A stretch of DNA of 64,000 bases from NCBI RefSeq assembly GCF_009914755.1, contig NC_060933.1. One strand, given 5' to 3'. A model generated the notes under the pieces. That model searched no databases and had not been told where the DNA came from. It worked only from the letters and a program-made list of their open reading frames with translations. A program made the translations under genes and the position numbers. Positions 26,929 to 44,438 of this stretch are shown here, in pieces (position 1 is the stretch's first letter; every line of letters starts with the position of its first letter). The stretch is from the human T2T-CHM13v2.0 reference genome, Homo sapiens.

Positions 26929-27486
26929 CCCATTCACTATAAATTTAGTTAATTGAGCTGCCTTTTAAAAAGATATATTCCAAGCAACATCATTTCTTTT
27001 TGTATTGGTTAGTTCTCAAATCTAGTTTTTCTCTATGTCTTAACACAATGACTTCCTTAAACCATAATATTCCTTACATTGTGGCCAAAACTATGGATAA
27101 GAAAAAATAAATGAGAGTTCCAAATTTCATAAGGTACATGATTTTGAAACTTATTACTCTGGTTTGACCTTGTGCCCCTAGAAGTAGTATGCTCTATCCA
27201 AGCAAGTTACTTTTAAAGGGCCCATCTGATCACCGTAATTTACCCAATATTGGCATACTCAAAAAACCTTTCCAAGCCTTTTTAATCCTACTTTTTGCTC
27301 ATGGACAACCTGATCTATCTCTGGTTCCACCACTCATCCCTTTCATTCTTTTCTCTTTCCTTCTTAAATATCAGTCAAGTCTTTCTTTGCTTCTAGACTG
27401 TTCTTAAGAATTGTTATTGTACCCTTAAGATAAGAAGAATATCGTGAGATTTGGGACTTTGCTTAGGGGAAGCTAAGGTTTTATTT

Positions 27487-27534
27487 TTTCCCTCATATGG
27501 GTCAATTACATTTCCCTCATCTGGGTCAATTACA
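27487..27534 (+). repeat. 24-bp tandem duplication
   Basis: tttccctcatatgggtcaattaca / tttccctcatctgggtcaattaca (1 mismatch). Confidence 0.95.
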
Positions 27535-29514
27535 TGAGTTCCCTGGTAGGTTGGTCTAACTCATTATAATGAACATTACTCTGTGTTATATATAATCCTT
27601 ACTTGACATATCAGCAGAAGAAAGGAAGACTTGCAAAAGTCAAGCCAGATTGCTGATCAGTCATTTTGACAGGCAGTTTAAACTGTGCCCTTTGGCGATA
27701 AAATGTCATTAAGAGAAAATATTAACAACAAAGAAATTAAGCAGCAATATGCTTAATATAATAATTTTAATGGAAAAAAATGAACAGCATTGGTGTTTTT
27801 ATTAAACTCTATTATATCCTAAAAATAAATGGTAAGCTTTGTAATAATTTGATAAAATAAGCCTTGGCATGCATGTATCCATGACAACCCAGATTTATAT
27901 TTTTGAGTTCCAAATAACCGTGTCACCAGAAATATGCAAATTATCTTAAAAGTTATAATGAGATAACATTATTTGTTTCCATAAATATCTGTTGACTAAT
28001 AGTCCAACAAAAACTTGACAGTAAATAACAAATTATGAAATGTTTTGAATATTATTCTTAGAGAAACTAGAACAGCTGTTTATCATCATAATTATAATGA
28101 AGAGCAAAGAGTCAACGGTCACATGCCCTTTAGTCTATTGTGAAGTCAAAAAGGATATTAAAAAAATATACATGCTACCTTAAATACCAGATGGAACTCC
28201 ATTTGGAAGTCTAATAGGGTAACTTCCCTGGAGCTAATACACACCAGAGGTTAAGCAACAACAGAAGAGAGTGAATGTGGGCATTCAGCCAAGGGCTTCT
28301 GCTGCCCTTTCCTTTTCCGGTACCAAATGTATGTTCCTTTAGATAAGAGACTTTGAGAATGGATTCTGAAAAACTCTGAGAGAATGCAGAAAATACCACA
28401 CCATTGGACTGCATTTACTCAAGAGTGCTCTGAAAGTCCTATTAAGCTGTTACAAAACCTGGAGTTGTCCTGCAGACATAGATTGAATTTCTAGGAAAAG
28501 GAAATGCAGATAATATGAGGAATGGACAAAACAGGCATTTCCGTTTTCTATTTTCTCATGTAAAATCCATTTTTCTTCTGTGCAATAAAAAAGGAAAGTA
28601 TACTACTTACTGTTAGTATACTATTCTGAGTAATGATTGAGAAAAAAAAATTGAAGGAAACATGTCTGAAAACATGGGAGTAAATTCCAGACTAAAGTTT
28701 TCCAAGTGTAACTAAAATTGTCTTTTAACAAAGGAAACTCTTATAAACTAATTAGAATAAAAGATTAAAATCAAGAAGGAAATTCCAAAGTACAAAATTA
28801 AACATTAAAATTCCCCCCTCATTACTAAATTACATTTTTCAGCTCATCAAGTTTGGTTAAAAAAAAAAATTCTAAAGAACTAAGAAAAATAATCTGCCTA
28901 ATAGCATCGTTCTTTATGAAGAAGTCATCTGAAGACAGAGGTACTCTGTGATTCTGTTAGGTACATATTTGTTCTTTTAGGCATATTTCTACTGTTTAGA
29001 TCAATTTTCCATTTACAGACAAAATGAATAACAAACACATATTATCTTTGTGTATTTGGAAGAATGGGAGAAAATTTTCCCAAACTATGTTTTATCTTGT
29101 AGATACTCCTTAGATGTTCCTTCGTTTTTAATGTGGGTACACAATGACACAGTGATATAAAGTCAGCTTTTGCAAGCCATAGGTAAGAATGATGGAGCTT
29201 TCGAATCACCGTGGTGCCGTTTGCAGTTTCAGCCAAAGCCCCTAGCTTGCCAGGCTTATACTATACATTCCAGAAGCTCCCCCTCTACCCTGCATAGTAA
29301 ACAATCCACCACATGTCAAAGACGAAATTTTGAAACCTCAAGAAGCAACTTGTTCCAATCTATGAGCCATTAACTTGAGATTCTGTTTCCTAACACTAGA
29401 ATTTTTCTGCTACAATTGTCCTAAAAGAATACATTTCTTTTCTGTCACATCAGTCTTTGGAGACATAGCAGCCTCCTCTTAGAGCTCAATTATGCCCCAG
29501 GGAGCACCTTAATA

Positions 29515-30125
29515 ACAGTAGTGGAGACTGGTTTTTTGTCCTAACATACATCCTTCTTCTCCATTCTTCTGGAAATACAACCATTCTGTCAGGTTGGTAA
29601 CACTCAGCACCTGACTTATATGTGCCCTAGACGCCATTACTGGTTACAGGAAATGAGGCAACACCCATGACCACAGCACATTGAACAAACATGCTGCTTC
29701 TTGAAGATCTCAGCAGCTGGTAGCTTTTCATAATTTATTAATACCACTTACCTGATTTCTCCAAACTTTGACCATAGTGATTGGTTCAGCAATAATCATG
29801 CAACCCAAACTGGGCCAACCAGAATTCCCCTTTAATTTCCTTTCTAAATCTATAGGAAAAGGCAACAGCCATTTGCTACCTAAAGAACTAAGATGTGTTT
29901 GTGGCTATTGGATGTCATCTTCTTGCCTCAAAAAGAAACCCGTCTGCGAGGGAAACCAAGTAGGGGCTAGCCGAACTGAAAGACCTGACAACATTGCTTG
30001 AGCCCCTGGATCTAACTTGTCCAAAAGCAGTAACACCAACGTGGTTGTCCCAGCCTAGGAGCCAAGTGTTCCCTTTTTTGCTTAAGCTAGTTTGAGTAGG
30101 GTTTTAGTCACTTGCAACCTACAGT
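29515..30125 (+). mobile_element. MLT1-family MaLR LTR (MLT1J/K-like)
   Basis: ccatagtgattggttcag...ttgagcccctggatcta...ttgcttaagctagtttgagtagggttttagtcacttgcaacc. Confidence 0.75.
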
Positions 30126-30194
30126 GAAAAAATAGAGTATTTTCATCGAGGAGATAGCTTCATGGATTTCTTAGTTAGTATTAACTGTGGCTTA

Positions 30195-30330
30195 ATATTC
30201 CTTCATTGAACAAACATTTGCTAAAATACTGTCTTATGTAGAGCATTATCCCTAAACCCAGATAGAAAAATTTAATGGACTTGCTTCTTGCCTTTAAGGA
30301 GTTCACCATTTATTTACTGAGACACACTAC
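30195..30330 (-). mobile_element. L2 3' fragment
   Basis: ttcattgaacaaacatttgct...ttcttgcctttaaggagttcac. Confidence 0.6.
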
Positions 30331-30364
30331 CACTGAACATCTGCCCTCTTGCCTGCAACACACA

Positions 30365-30366
<2 letters not shown>

Positions 30367-30400
<34 letters not shown>
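30367..30400 (+). repeat. (CA)n microsatellite
   Basis: About 17 units. Confidence 0.95.
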
Positions 30401-30401
<1 letters not shown>

Positions 30402-32060
30402 CCAGCTAGGCAATAGAATTTCTACTGGCTAAGAAAAGGTTAATGGAAACTAAACTCAACTGCTCTTCCTTATAAGGGAACTCTGACCCAGAGCCTCCTG
30501 AAGTCCTATACATACACTTGACAAAAACCCTCAAGAGATCTGCGTTGAGTACTGACTGATTCTTTTAAACGAATCTCTAGTCTGAATGGAAATCAGGTTA
30601 AGATAACATTTTGGAATTTATCCCATTTCAAGTGTTCTAATCACATAACAGACTGAAGAAGTAACTTTATTTGCTGCCAAGCCTGCTGATTCAAGTTCTC
30701 AGAAATAGAAAATGCTGCCTCTGGACAAAGGTATGTGCACAACTCATATCTCAGACCTCCTGGGGGAAGCGACAATGCAATAAACAGGGGCCTTACAAGG
30801 GGTTCTAATTATGTGGCACTTTCTGACCAACATTTCTTTTTCCAGAATCTAGAAATATTCTCTTTTCCTCTCTACCTTCACAAAAATATATTCAGCTCAA
30901 GAGCCACCTCACCAAGAAGCTCACCTTGAAAAATCTAGCCAGCAAGTCTCCTTCCTTCCTCTCATGGTACTCTATCTAGTTTGGCACTTAATTACTGATT
31001 CTGATTCTCAAGTGGGGATGACAGAGAGTAGTGTAAAAGAATTTTCTGAAGTTAAAAAAAAAATCTCAATTTATTACAGTTTACTTGTTCTCCTACCTGA
31101 GCAAAACTATGTACCTTAGTTTTGAGTCCTCAAGAAATTTAAAAAATATTCACATAACAAACTTTTAAAATCAGCTAAAGTTATCAAATAATATTTAAAA
31201 TATTAGAACATGTAAATAGTTCTCTAATTACTAGAAGAATATTTTTAAAACAAATCATACATTTGCTTGAATTTTTATAAATAACATTGGAAATAATTTA
31301 CATTTTTCTTAACACCCTGGGATCTATCATTACTATGTGATTTGCTACAACAATACTTGCAATGTCTAAGGTGTGTTGGATGTTGTTTTGAAATGCTTTG
31401 TTTTCTGAGGTCTTATTTTAGATGCTTATGTGTTTTTAATCTCCTGTCTTGTCTTCTGCCTACTGTTCACAGAATTCTTTGGAGCAGAATATACAGCCAG
31501 TGCATGAAAGACTGACACCTGGAAAATCTTAGGAAAAACATGAACCAAGAAAACATGAACCAAGAATTTTATACCCAGCCAAGTGATCACTAAAGTATAA
31601 AGGCCACAAAAAAGGCATTTTTCAACATACAAGACTCAGAGAATAATGTTCCAAGAAAACTTTCTTGAAGGAGTTTAAAATTTCTTGAAAGTCATAGGGT
31701 GAATTTCAACTAAGGAAGAGAGAGTAAGAACAGCAAATGGCAGTGGCCATTGAAGCCATCTAGCTCTAGGCTAAGAAAACAAAAATCAAATCTGTGGTCA
31801 TTATAGTAATAGAACTATAAAAAGGAAAAATAATATAAGTATCAAAAGTTAAATGAGGAAGAAAGTGATGGTAGTGAATGTATGCTGATAGCCTTTCTTT
31901 TTAGAGCTGGGGATTCAGAAAGAATCATATAGCTGGTCAAATAGCATACATAGAGATATATGCAAAGATAGAAATAAAAAGATTAGATCTAATAAAATGT
32001 AATCAACCAATTGTAAAGAGAAGGATGGCGGGAAGGCAAGTGAGAAGAAGTGAAAATATA

Positions 32061-34800
<2,740 letters not shown>

Positions 34801-36233
34801 GTTTTTATTTTGCCAAAAACATTCGCTGAGCTCTCATGTGAAGGTTCTGAGTTTTTTACTTCAACTATCTGCCATCAACAAATGAAAAATGTATGTTATA
34901 AAAACCAGGGAAAGATATATCTACTTTTCCTTTTCAGAAAAGGTGTAAGAACCCTGGCTTGTTTTTCAATCGATTTATATGTCATGGCCGATTTTATGAT
35001 AATGAGAGTTTTTAAAATCTGGACATATGTTATAAATAACCAGAAGTGCACGTCCTTAATCACATATAAAACTGTGAACTCCTTGTTGATAAGAATTTTA
35101 TCACCTTCAACTTGCTCTGTAATAAACTGTAAGATAAATGATTCTGAGATTTACTGCATAGTAACTTAGAGATTTATTTTTCAAGTCAAGGCCACTGTTA
35201 AAAACCAAGTCACTTGAGAGGGTGTATGTTATGTATTCTCAAGAAAGGTGCTGAATGTTGTTTGCCTTGTACCTTGCTTCTGAGGACTTAAGGACTTGAC
35301 AAATGTCCTTATAATTATTAATATACCTATATGACTAAATCACCATGATTAAAAGGCTTCAACCTCAAAGAAATCTTTAAATTGGACTACAAATACAGTT
35401 TGGATTTTATTTAAAAAAGGTTTCTATTTTCCATTTAACTAGATCATTTATACCCAATGAAAATAACACAAATAAGGGATAATTTTATTTTAATTTATGA
35501 ATTTCAACTTTTTATATTTCAAATGAACTGACAGAGATAGTCTGTCCTCGTACTGAGATAATCACCACTGGTGCTTCCTAGCCTTACTGCTGCCTAAGAT
35601 AAGGACATCAGTTTGAGGCCAAGGTTGTCCAAGGTTGAGGCCATCATAGGAGTTGGATACGTACTTAACCCTCCTTTATTAGTTCCCCTTTTCTATTAGG
35701 ACAAAGATTTAGCTTTCAAAATGAAAACATGATTCCCAGTTAAGCAACTTGTGGATGACTGTGTACATTCATTTGAACTCTTTAAAGAAGATCTATTCCA
35801 TTTCAGGCACTGTGTTTGGTAGACATAAAGGATAAAACAACAGTGGCCTTACCCTGCTGAAAGTCTAGTAGGAAAGACTGCAAGTTGATTAGTAAAGTCA
35901 GCATAATGTTAAACTGAGAGAACTGAGAAGCAGCCCCTGTCATAGTGGCCAATGGCTGTCATGCCATTACAGCATTTCATATGCTATTTCAATCTCCATA
36001 ACACCCCTGTGAGGTTGGCATCATCAAAATCAGAGCAGTCATAGTAATACTGAGCCCAGGGAAAGCAGTACCATCAGATCATCTTGGTAATGTACCATAT
36101 AGGGTAATATCAGTAACAGTACTTGTCACATGACAATTTTCTATTTTAATTACCTTTTTGCTAATTAGGTGCTAAGCTCAGTGTATATGTTGTCAACATG
36201 TACATTTCACACTATTTTAAATGGCGCCATTAA

Positions 36234-36524
36234 TTTTTTTTTTTTTTTTCTGAGACAGAGTCTTGCTCTGTCATCCAGGCTGGAGGGCAGTGGTGCAATC
36301 TCAGCCCACTGCAACCTAGCCTCCTGGGTTCAAGCAGTTCTTCTGCCTCAGCCTCCTGAGTAGCTGGGATTACAGGCATCTACCACCACACCCAGCTAAT
36401 TTTTGTATTTTTAGTAGAGATGGGGTTTTGCCATGTTGGCCAGGCTGGTCTCAAACTCAAGTGATTTGCATACCTCAGCCTCCCAAAGTGCTGGGATTAC
36501 ATGCACGAGCCACCACGCCCGGCC
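36234..36524 (-). mobile_element. Alu (AluS)
   Basis: Full dimer ending cacgcccggcc. Confidence 0.95.
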
Positions 36525-37289
36525 AAAATTTTGTTTTTCTAAATGTCTATACTCCCTTAATGTTGATGATTTCGGACACATCCCTGCTGACTCTACTTTT
36601 ATCTCAGGATAATTTTGCAGCTGAGTCAAAGAGGGTCAGGATCGTTCTGTCACTTATCCTAAACCCTTTGCTCATAAATAGCAGAGTGATTTGCACCCTC
36701 ATTGACTTGACCCAGAAGGCCATGCTTTTTCAAGACAACATCCCCCAACAGGGAAATGAAATTCTATAGCTCTAAGATGGGACCCAACAAGTACAGTGAG
36801 CATCTTCCTTTTTTTCCTTTAACTTAGCAACCTTATTGCACATAGTCTAATTTAGGGTAATTCTTTCCAAGTGCCTTTACTGTTTTGCAACTTGAGGTGT
36901 ATGTAGCCATCTTTATATAAATACCAAGAGTAAATTTGTTTTGGCACTGTGAGAGTGAACCTGTACAGAACTGCAGTGGTATAGCCCAAACCTTAAATAA
37001 ACAAATAACAACAACAACAACAAAACCTTTGGAGTTTATGATTTTGGAGTTCTTGAAATAAAAATAATTTTATTTTAGCTATATACAAAAAGCAACCTTA
37101 GTTTCAAATTGTTACTTCAAATAAACACTTATGTTTTAGATCTCTTACCCAATAACTTTTTAAAATATAATATCCATAAGCACTTATTATATTTAAAGCA
37201 TGTAGTTGTAAGCTCTATAAGTACAAAGCAAAAACAATTCTAGAATAAACACCAAAACATCACTCAACCATTCATTAATACTAGCTAGG

Positions 37290-37410
37290 AAGACAGAGCA
37301 TGTAGCTAGGAGGCAAGTCTTTTTTCTGGGCTTCAGTTTCCTCAGATATAAAATGAGATAACTGAACTAAGTTATCTGTAAGCCCCCTTCACACTTAAGG
37401 GTTCCCTGAA
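37290..37410 (+). mobile_element. MIR (MIR3-like) fragment
   Basis: ctgggcttcagtttcctcagatataaaatgagataactgaactaa. Confidence 0.7.
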
Positions 37411-38259
37411 CCTATTGTTATTTAACACACCAGCAAACTCCAACTGGCAGCAGGTCAAAATATATTTGGGTAGACTAAAACACAACTGCCCCCTCCCTCC
37501 TTCAAAATAATCTATCTGAAGAAGCCTTCTCCATCCCACAATAAACACTAATCTGATTTCACTCCAGGTTTAGACTGTCCTTTGTGTTATACTAGGAATT
37601 TGTACATCACCTTGGCAGTCCTAGAAACTGCCATGTGAAATAAGCCAAAAACCTTTCTTATGAAATAATTTAATCATCCCCTACTACTCAACTTCCCATC
37701 TCTACAAAAGGAATTTTTCCCAACCAATTTGATCTTATTCAAAGAATGGAATGCCAAGATTGGAAAGCAGTGGCACCAAAGAACGATACAGTTTAAAATT
37801 TGAAACTCAAGATTCCCATTAAAATGGTATAAACTACAGAAATACATCTGGTATTACTAATGAAACAAACTCACACAAAAAGCATTATCTTAAACTTTTT
37901 TTGACAGTCTAAAAATTAGCCTGGCTACATATCAAAGATGTATTTGTATTGTCATATTAATGGAAAACATAGTATTCTTCAGAAACCGTTTTATCCTCAA
38001 ATCTACAAATGAAGGCTTTATCAAATAGTATTAATTGTAAACTGAATCCAGCACACCCCTATTTGTACAACATCTGTATTCTCTTCCCAATCACCTAGAA
38101 AACAATGATACATGTAGACTTTGTGTCTACCGTTGGGAGAGCTGGCTTAGCAGATGAACTTAAACAAATAAACTGAACAAAAGTCTATCCTAACTTTATC
38201 ATTAACACATTCATTCAACAGACATTTATTGAATACTTACTATATGCCAAAGTTCCTAT

Positions 38260-38601
38260 CTTTTTTTTCTTTTTTTGAGACAGAGTTTCACTCTTGTCAC
38301 CCAGGCTGGAGTGCAATGGTATGATCTCAGCTCTCTGCAACCTCTGCCTCCTGGGTTCAGGTGAATTCTCCTGCCTCAGCCTCCCAAGTAGCTGAGATTA
38401 CAGGCATGCACCACCATGCTTATTTTTATTTTATTTTATTTTATTTTATTTTATTTTATTTTATTTTATTTTTGCATAATTAGTAGAGATGGGTTTTCAC
38501 CACGTTGGCCAGGCTGGTCTTGAACTCCTGACTTTAGGTGATCCACCTGCCTCAGCCTCCCAAAGTGCTAGGATTACAGGCCTGAGCCACTGTGCCTGGC
38601 A
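38260..38601 (-). mobile_element. Alu (AluSq/Sx-like) with (TTTTA)n expansion in the middle linker, inserted in an L2 (about 38205-38925, -)
   Basis: TSD caaagttcctat at 38248-38259 and 38602-38613; (TTTTA) about 10 units at 38424-38472. Confidence 0.95.
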
Positions 38602-39149
38602 CAAAGTTCCTATTTATACTAGAGATACATACATCTACAAGATAGACAAGATCTCTTTTCACATTATTTACATCTTAGCAAAGATGCCAACAATACACAA
38701 GTAAAATAACACAATTCCATAAAATTAGAAGTGTTTTACAGAAAGATTGTAAAAGGAATGTAATCAAAAATTTTCAGGGGAGTTATGCTGGGAGACACTC
38801 ATAGACTGTCACTCTGAAAAAACTTAGGAATGGAAACCTGAATACAGAGAAGAAATCACCCAGGGAAAGTGTCAAGTATAGGCCAGTTACAAAGTTCTTG
38901 AGACTGAAGTGAGCTTGGCTCATCTGGTATTAAGCTTTTGTACCTAATACATCCAAATGTATTTTTATTATAATTGTTTTTTAAACTCCCCTTATAATCC
39001 TGATGCACAATGAAAGTTGAAAGCCATCACTCTAAATTAATCTATAAATTGCCATATTCTAGCAGTCACACTCTGTTGGGGTTCTTTGACCTAATAGGTA
39101 GACTTAGTTCAGGTACAATGGAGTTTAAGAAAGGCCATTGAGTGGGTGT

Positions 39150-39322
39150 TTGAGGGTGTGAGTTCTGGTCAGATTATTTTCCTGGTTTGAATACTAACTC
39201 TCATCAGCTGTGTAGACTTGGGCACGTCATTAAATTCTTTAAGCCTTTGCTTCTTTATATAAAAAATTAGGATACCACGAGCACCTATCTTATTGTTCAT
39301 TAGGTATTATATATATACTACA

Positions 39323-39369
<47 letters not shown>

Positions 39370-39430
39370 GGCTTATCACCGTACCTGGTAAATAATAACT
39401 GATCAGCAAATTCCAGCTATGGTTATTAAT
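39150..39430 (+). mobile_element. MIR containing a (CA)n microsatellite (39324-39368)
   Basis: cagctgtgtagacttgggcacgtcattaaattctttaagcct; about 22 CA units. Confidence 0.8.
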
Positions 39431-41149
39431 TATTAAGTGAACAGCCTGGTCTTTTCATCTACTTTTTATAAACAAACAAATCTAATTTCTTGCTCTCAGG
39501 ATTAACTTTTAATGCTTTAAATGAGAACGACTGATTGTGATTAGGTTGCTACCAATACAATCCCATATAATTATTTTATTGTTTTTCAAGTTATTAATAA
39601 GACAAAATCTACTTATATTTCCTTATTCACCACCATACTTAGGAAAGCTTGCTATAAACATTCTTTAAGATTCTTAAGAGATATGTAGACTTATTTTTAA
39701 TACATAACAGGAAAAATATTACCCTCTTGAAAATTTGCAAAGTCTAATGGAAGAATATTCAATGTCACTAAGAATGCATTCCAAATTGGTTTGCAAAGGA
39801 AAATGAAGATAGCTTGATGTGGCAGTGGGCATCCTCCTGACAACTATCCTCCAAGACCAAATAACTTGAAGTGATTTAAGTCATAACCCTTGTCACAATG
39901 GGACTTCCACAGGAATTGTGTCTTGGGATATCAATGTTCCAGTATAATTTCCATAAAGCATACTTTATCAAAGATATAAATGCTCCACTTCTGCCTCCTT
40001 CCCACACACATGGATGAGTAACGGCTTCCCTGACTGTAATGATCCACATTGGATACACACTGACTTTCTTAGAGTCTAGGTTTATTTTCCAAACATTAAT
40101 AGAAAATGAATAACAGTACATTATCAACAAAAAGCATAACACCTACACAATGTTGAAGGAATATTTTGGTTTGCTGATCTAACAAATGTTACAGTTCTGA
40201 AGGCAAAGAATATTTTTACTAAAATACCAAAGTCTCACAACTTTAAAAAAGTCAGAAGCAGATTACCATGAAGATGTCTATAATGCTATTACAACACATT
40301 TAAAAGTATTACTTTTTATTCCAAAAAATTCCAAAGGCTATAGCTATCATTTTCAAAATATGTTAGTTTCTATATATTTTATTAATCCTAAAGTCACCTG
40401 AACATACAGGTAGTATCATTTGTCCAGTGCGTGCCTCTTCGACAGTTAAGAGCAGGACGAGATTAAGCCAATGGCACTCTAAGGGATTCTACTACACCCA
40501 CAAAGGTAATATATCAATTAAATCCACAAATCAAAGCAAAGCCGTTCTGAGTTTCTATTAGTATGTTTTAGAAACTAAAAACTCTGACCAAAATTCAGTT
40601 ATTAGCTGCAAATCCTTTGGTAGTTCAATAATGTTTTTAAGCATTACAGGGAAACAAAAACTATAGAGTTTTAATGGTCTAACATTTAACTGACAATATT
40701 TGACTACAGATGGATGGTAAGTCATAAAAGAAATTGAGTTAAAGATATGGTATTTTTAGTCATTCTTTTCTAGGTAGGAGGAATCAAGTAGCTTAGGAAG
40801 AGAAGATATAAGCTCAAGAGCACACAGACAGATTGTTGAAACTGAAATAATTAAATTATGCAAAGATTAAGAGGACAGATTGTCAAAAAATGTCTGCATT
40901 TGGCACTACAGAACAGTTGACTGGGTTAAATGAGGTTAATATAACTTGTCATGCAAGACTGGTAATGAACTTTTCTTATCGAAAACCTAATTATAATATT
41001 GTACAGTAAGACATATTACATGCAATCTTAAAGTTGTGACATAGCTTAGACTATTAATCTTTGATACAGAAATATATTTTGCCAAGCACAAAAAGAAAAG
41101 ATCCTATTATATTCAAGTAACAGAAACTGAAGCTTTACTTAGTCCAAAA

Positions 41150-41320
41150 TATGCCCCTAGTTGATTCCCCCAACAACTCTGGAAGGTTAATGTGATTATC
41201 CTCATTTTATAGATCAGGAAGTAAAAGCTCAAAACTGAAAATAACTTGACCAAAGCTACACCATTCATGATAGACAAAGCTGTGATTTGAGTACAACACT
41301 TCTAAACCCATACTACCTAA
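41150..41320 (-). mobile_element. MIR SINE
   Basis: attatcctcattttatagatcaggaagt...aacttgaccaaagctacac. Confidence 0.7.
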
Positions 41321-41605
41321 TTTAGTCATATCTAATTTACTGTCATATCCAGTAAGGATGAACACCCACTAGCTGTAGACCTGTTAACAATTTATTTCTT
41401 CTACCAGATTCTAGTTACATAATGTTCAAAGAGAGTTAAGAAGAAGAAAACAATTGAATAAAGTGGAAATTACAAAGGATTTTGAATCTGAGCAACATGA
41501 ACTAATATCGAATAAGCAGTGCACTTGGGAAAAATTATTTAACCTTGGTAAGCTTCAGGTAATGCTTCTTTGAAATTAGAATAATAATGTCTCTCTTATA
41601 GAGCC

Positions 41606-42051
41606 TGTGATGGTTAACTTCATGTGTCAACTTGACTAAGCCATGGGGTGCCCAGATAGCTGTTCAAAAATTATTTCTGGTCCTGTCTATGAATATGATT
41701 CCAAAAGAGATTGGCATTTGAATTTGTGGACTGAGCAAAGCAGATTACCCTCCTCGATGTGGGCTGGCATCATCAATCCACTGAAAGCATGAATAGAACT
41801 AAAAAGAGGAGGAAGGTTGAATTTCCCTTTCTGCCTGACTGCTTGAGCTCTGAAACACTGACCTTCTCCTACCCTCAGCCCTCTTGATTCTCAGGCTTTT
41901 AGAACCCAGCTGGAATCTACACCATCAGTGCTCTGCGCCTCAGGCCCTCAAACTATACCACTGGCTTTCTTGGGTCTCCTGCTTGCAGGAAGCAGACGGT
42001 GGGATCTCTAAGCCTCCATAATGGTGTGAGCCTATATTATATATATATATT

Positions 42052-42089
<38 letters not shown>

Positions 42090-42191
42090 TGTCCATTCAT
42101 CCATGTATCCAATTGGTTTTACGGTGTGTGTGTGGGTATGTATGTGTCCAATTGGTTCTAATCGGTTCTTTGGAGAATGGTGACTACTACA
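41606..42191 (+). mobile_element. MLT2 (MLT2B-like, ERVL) solo LTR inserted in a + strand MIR; internal (TA)n(GA)n at 42038-42085
   Basis: TGTGATGGTTAACTTCATGTGTCAACTTGAC...TGACTACTACA; 5-bp TSD gagcc/gagct. Confidence 0.9.
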
Positions 42192-42939
42192 GAGCTATTT
42201 GATAAGCTCTGAAAGCTTATAAGAGAGACAGTGTAGTATAAACAGTATTGAACGCAATGATCTATAGAAGCCCATTAACACACTCAGGCACTAACAAACA
42301 TATGCTTCTGTGTATCCCTGCTATAGATAGAATCATGTGGAAAAATAAGGCTCGGCTACTCCATCTGTGTTAATTAGAAGAGGAAACTCATATGTCAATA
42401 TATTGAATCAAATATATCAAGAATACATACTTCAATATTTGGCCAAAGAAAACACACATATGTTTAAAAAAATCCTAACGAACATAAAGCCTACGAATAT
42501 ATCATTTTATCTCCCCATCTTTTGTTCTTAAGAAAGTTATTATATAACTGCCTTCCTTTGACTAGCCTTGGAGTAAAAGGGTACGAGCCCTTTTTCAGTG
42601 AAAAATAGCTTATACCTGTTGTATCTAATGCAACGTGGGTATATGTCAATACAGAGAACACTTAACGACTTGAAATATTGCTTCCTTACTATTTGAAGTC
42701 TGCTAAGATCATCTATATTTCAGAGATTTATGAGGTTGAATAAAAAATTTTAAATCATGTGGAGATTATGTTGACTCTGTCTGCTGAGATGTGAGTAGAT
42801 GAATCACCACAGCCCTTCTAAGGAAAACATTTACTCCATATTTTCTATGACATTCCAAAACTAGGGAACTATTGAGTGTTTGGAGAAACTGTTGGCAGAG
42901 GAAGCAAGAAAGTCCTTAAACCTTCTATCAGACCCTATA

Positions 42940-42970
42940 GGACTCACCTCCCTATGGACTCACCTCCCTA
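42940..42970 (+). repeat. 16-bp-period tandem duplication
   Basis: ggactcacctcccta occurs twice. Confidence 0.9.
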
Positions 42971-42989
42971 CAACCCCACTACACATCAG

Positions 42990-43390
42990 TTTACTTCTCT
43001 GACTGTATTTCTGACTCCTCTTCTACCTATTCAGCTCTAGTTATACTGGCCTCCATGTTATTCTTTGAATACACCAGGCACACTTTGGCCTTGTAACTCT
43101 TTTCCTGGAGCATTCTCCCCTAAAATATCTTAATGGTTCTGTCATCCCTTTCAAATCTTTGCTCAAATATCACTTCAATTCTCAATGAATTATTCTTGAC
43201 CCATTCAAATTAAAGTGTTATCCTTCATCTTACAAGGGACTCCCAATCCCTTCATCTGCTCTTTAAAAAAATTTCATAGCACATCATCATCTTCTAAAAT
43301 CATTTATGATTTTTCAACTATGATCATTGTTTATCATTTATCTCTCTCTACTTACACATAGTAAGTGCTCAATATTTGTTGAGTGTTAAA
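42990..43390 (+). mobile_element. L2 3' end
   Basis: tactggcctccatgttattctttgaatacaccaggcacac...cacatagtaagtgctcaatatttgttgagtg. Confidence 0.8.
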
Positions 43391-44238
43391 TGCAAAGTAA
43401 GTTATGCCATATAGAGTATTTCCTTAACCCACGTCATAACACCTCTGCCCCAACTCCAGAACACTACTTATCCTTCTCACTCTTTCTAATCTCAATGTTT
43501 TTGCTCAGAACATATTTGTATCTAAAATTGTCTCAACACTTTACTTCCACAAAATACAATCTGTCTTTAAGGCCTGCTCAAGTTCCATCTCCTCTGTGAG
43601 GCCTTCCTAGATTCCACTGGGTAGGATCAAATCTTCTTCATTCCCTTCATAACTGGACCTGAGTTGTACCATTTAACAAAGTTCTTTCTGTGTCTCTTTC
43701 TCGAGCTATCCAAGAAGCTACAGTCTTTTAAACACTTGTTTATTTTCTTTTTAGAAACTAGCACAGTGCCTGACACTTCTAAGGTTCCCAATTATATTTA
43801 TGAGACTGGACTGGACATAATTTTATGGTTTTGTATTGCTGGTAGACAAAATATTAGACCTAAGCAAGCCTTATATTTTGTAGATAATAATACTTAACTC
43901 CTCCCAATTCAATGTAAATCAATTCAGCCTAATTAAATGGGAAGTTTCCTCCTTGCTGTCGTTTCACTGAGCACAGAGGTGACTATGGAAACCCAAAATT
44001 CCCCTTAAAGCTCAGGGAAAATTATACCAAGCTTCTCCATCAAATAAATGAAAATTTTACTTTCTGATGTATTAGTCTTGGTTTTGTAAATATCCTTCAA
44101 TTTACTTCTCACAGGTCTAATTGTTTCTTTAGGAGGAAACTCCAACTACTTTCACGAACTCCAAGCCCTTCTCTATCTCTTGGTTACCTCTGGTTTGGCC
44201 TCACCTTCTGTCACATCCCAACACAACATTCTTCACTG

Positions 44239-44438
44239 CAGTGATAACCAAACCTGACTCCAGAGCTCATCTGAGCCCCATGGACCCTAGAAGGTCAATG
44301 AAATTCTTTTAGAGATCTATGACGCCCTGAACTTGCAGTCAACATTTGTGAGGGTATGAGTATGTGTATTTTCCTTGAGAAAGGACCCATATCAGATTAT
44401 TAAGGGGTCCAGAACTCCAAGAAGATTAAGAAACATGC
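44239..44438. mobile_element. MER103-like hAT-Charlie MITE
   Basis: cagtgataaccaaacctg...atcagattattaaggggtccagaactccaagaagattaagaaacatg. Confidence 0.55.
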
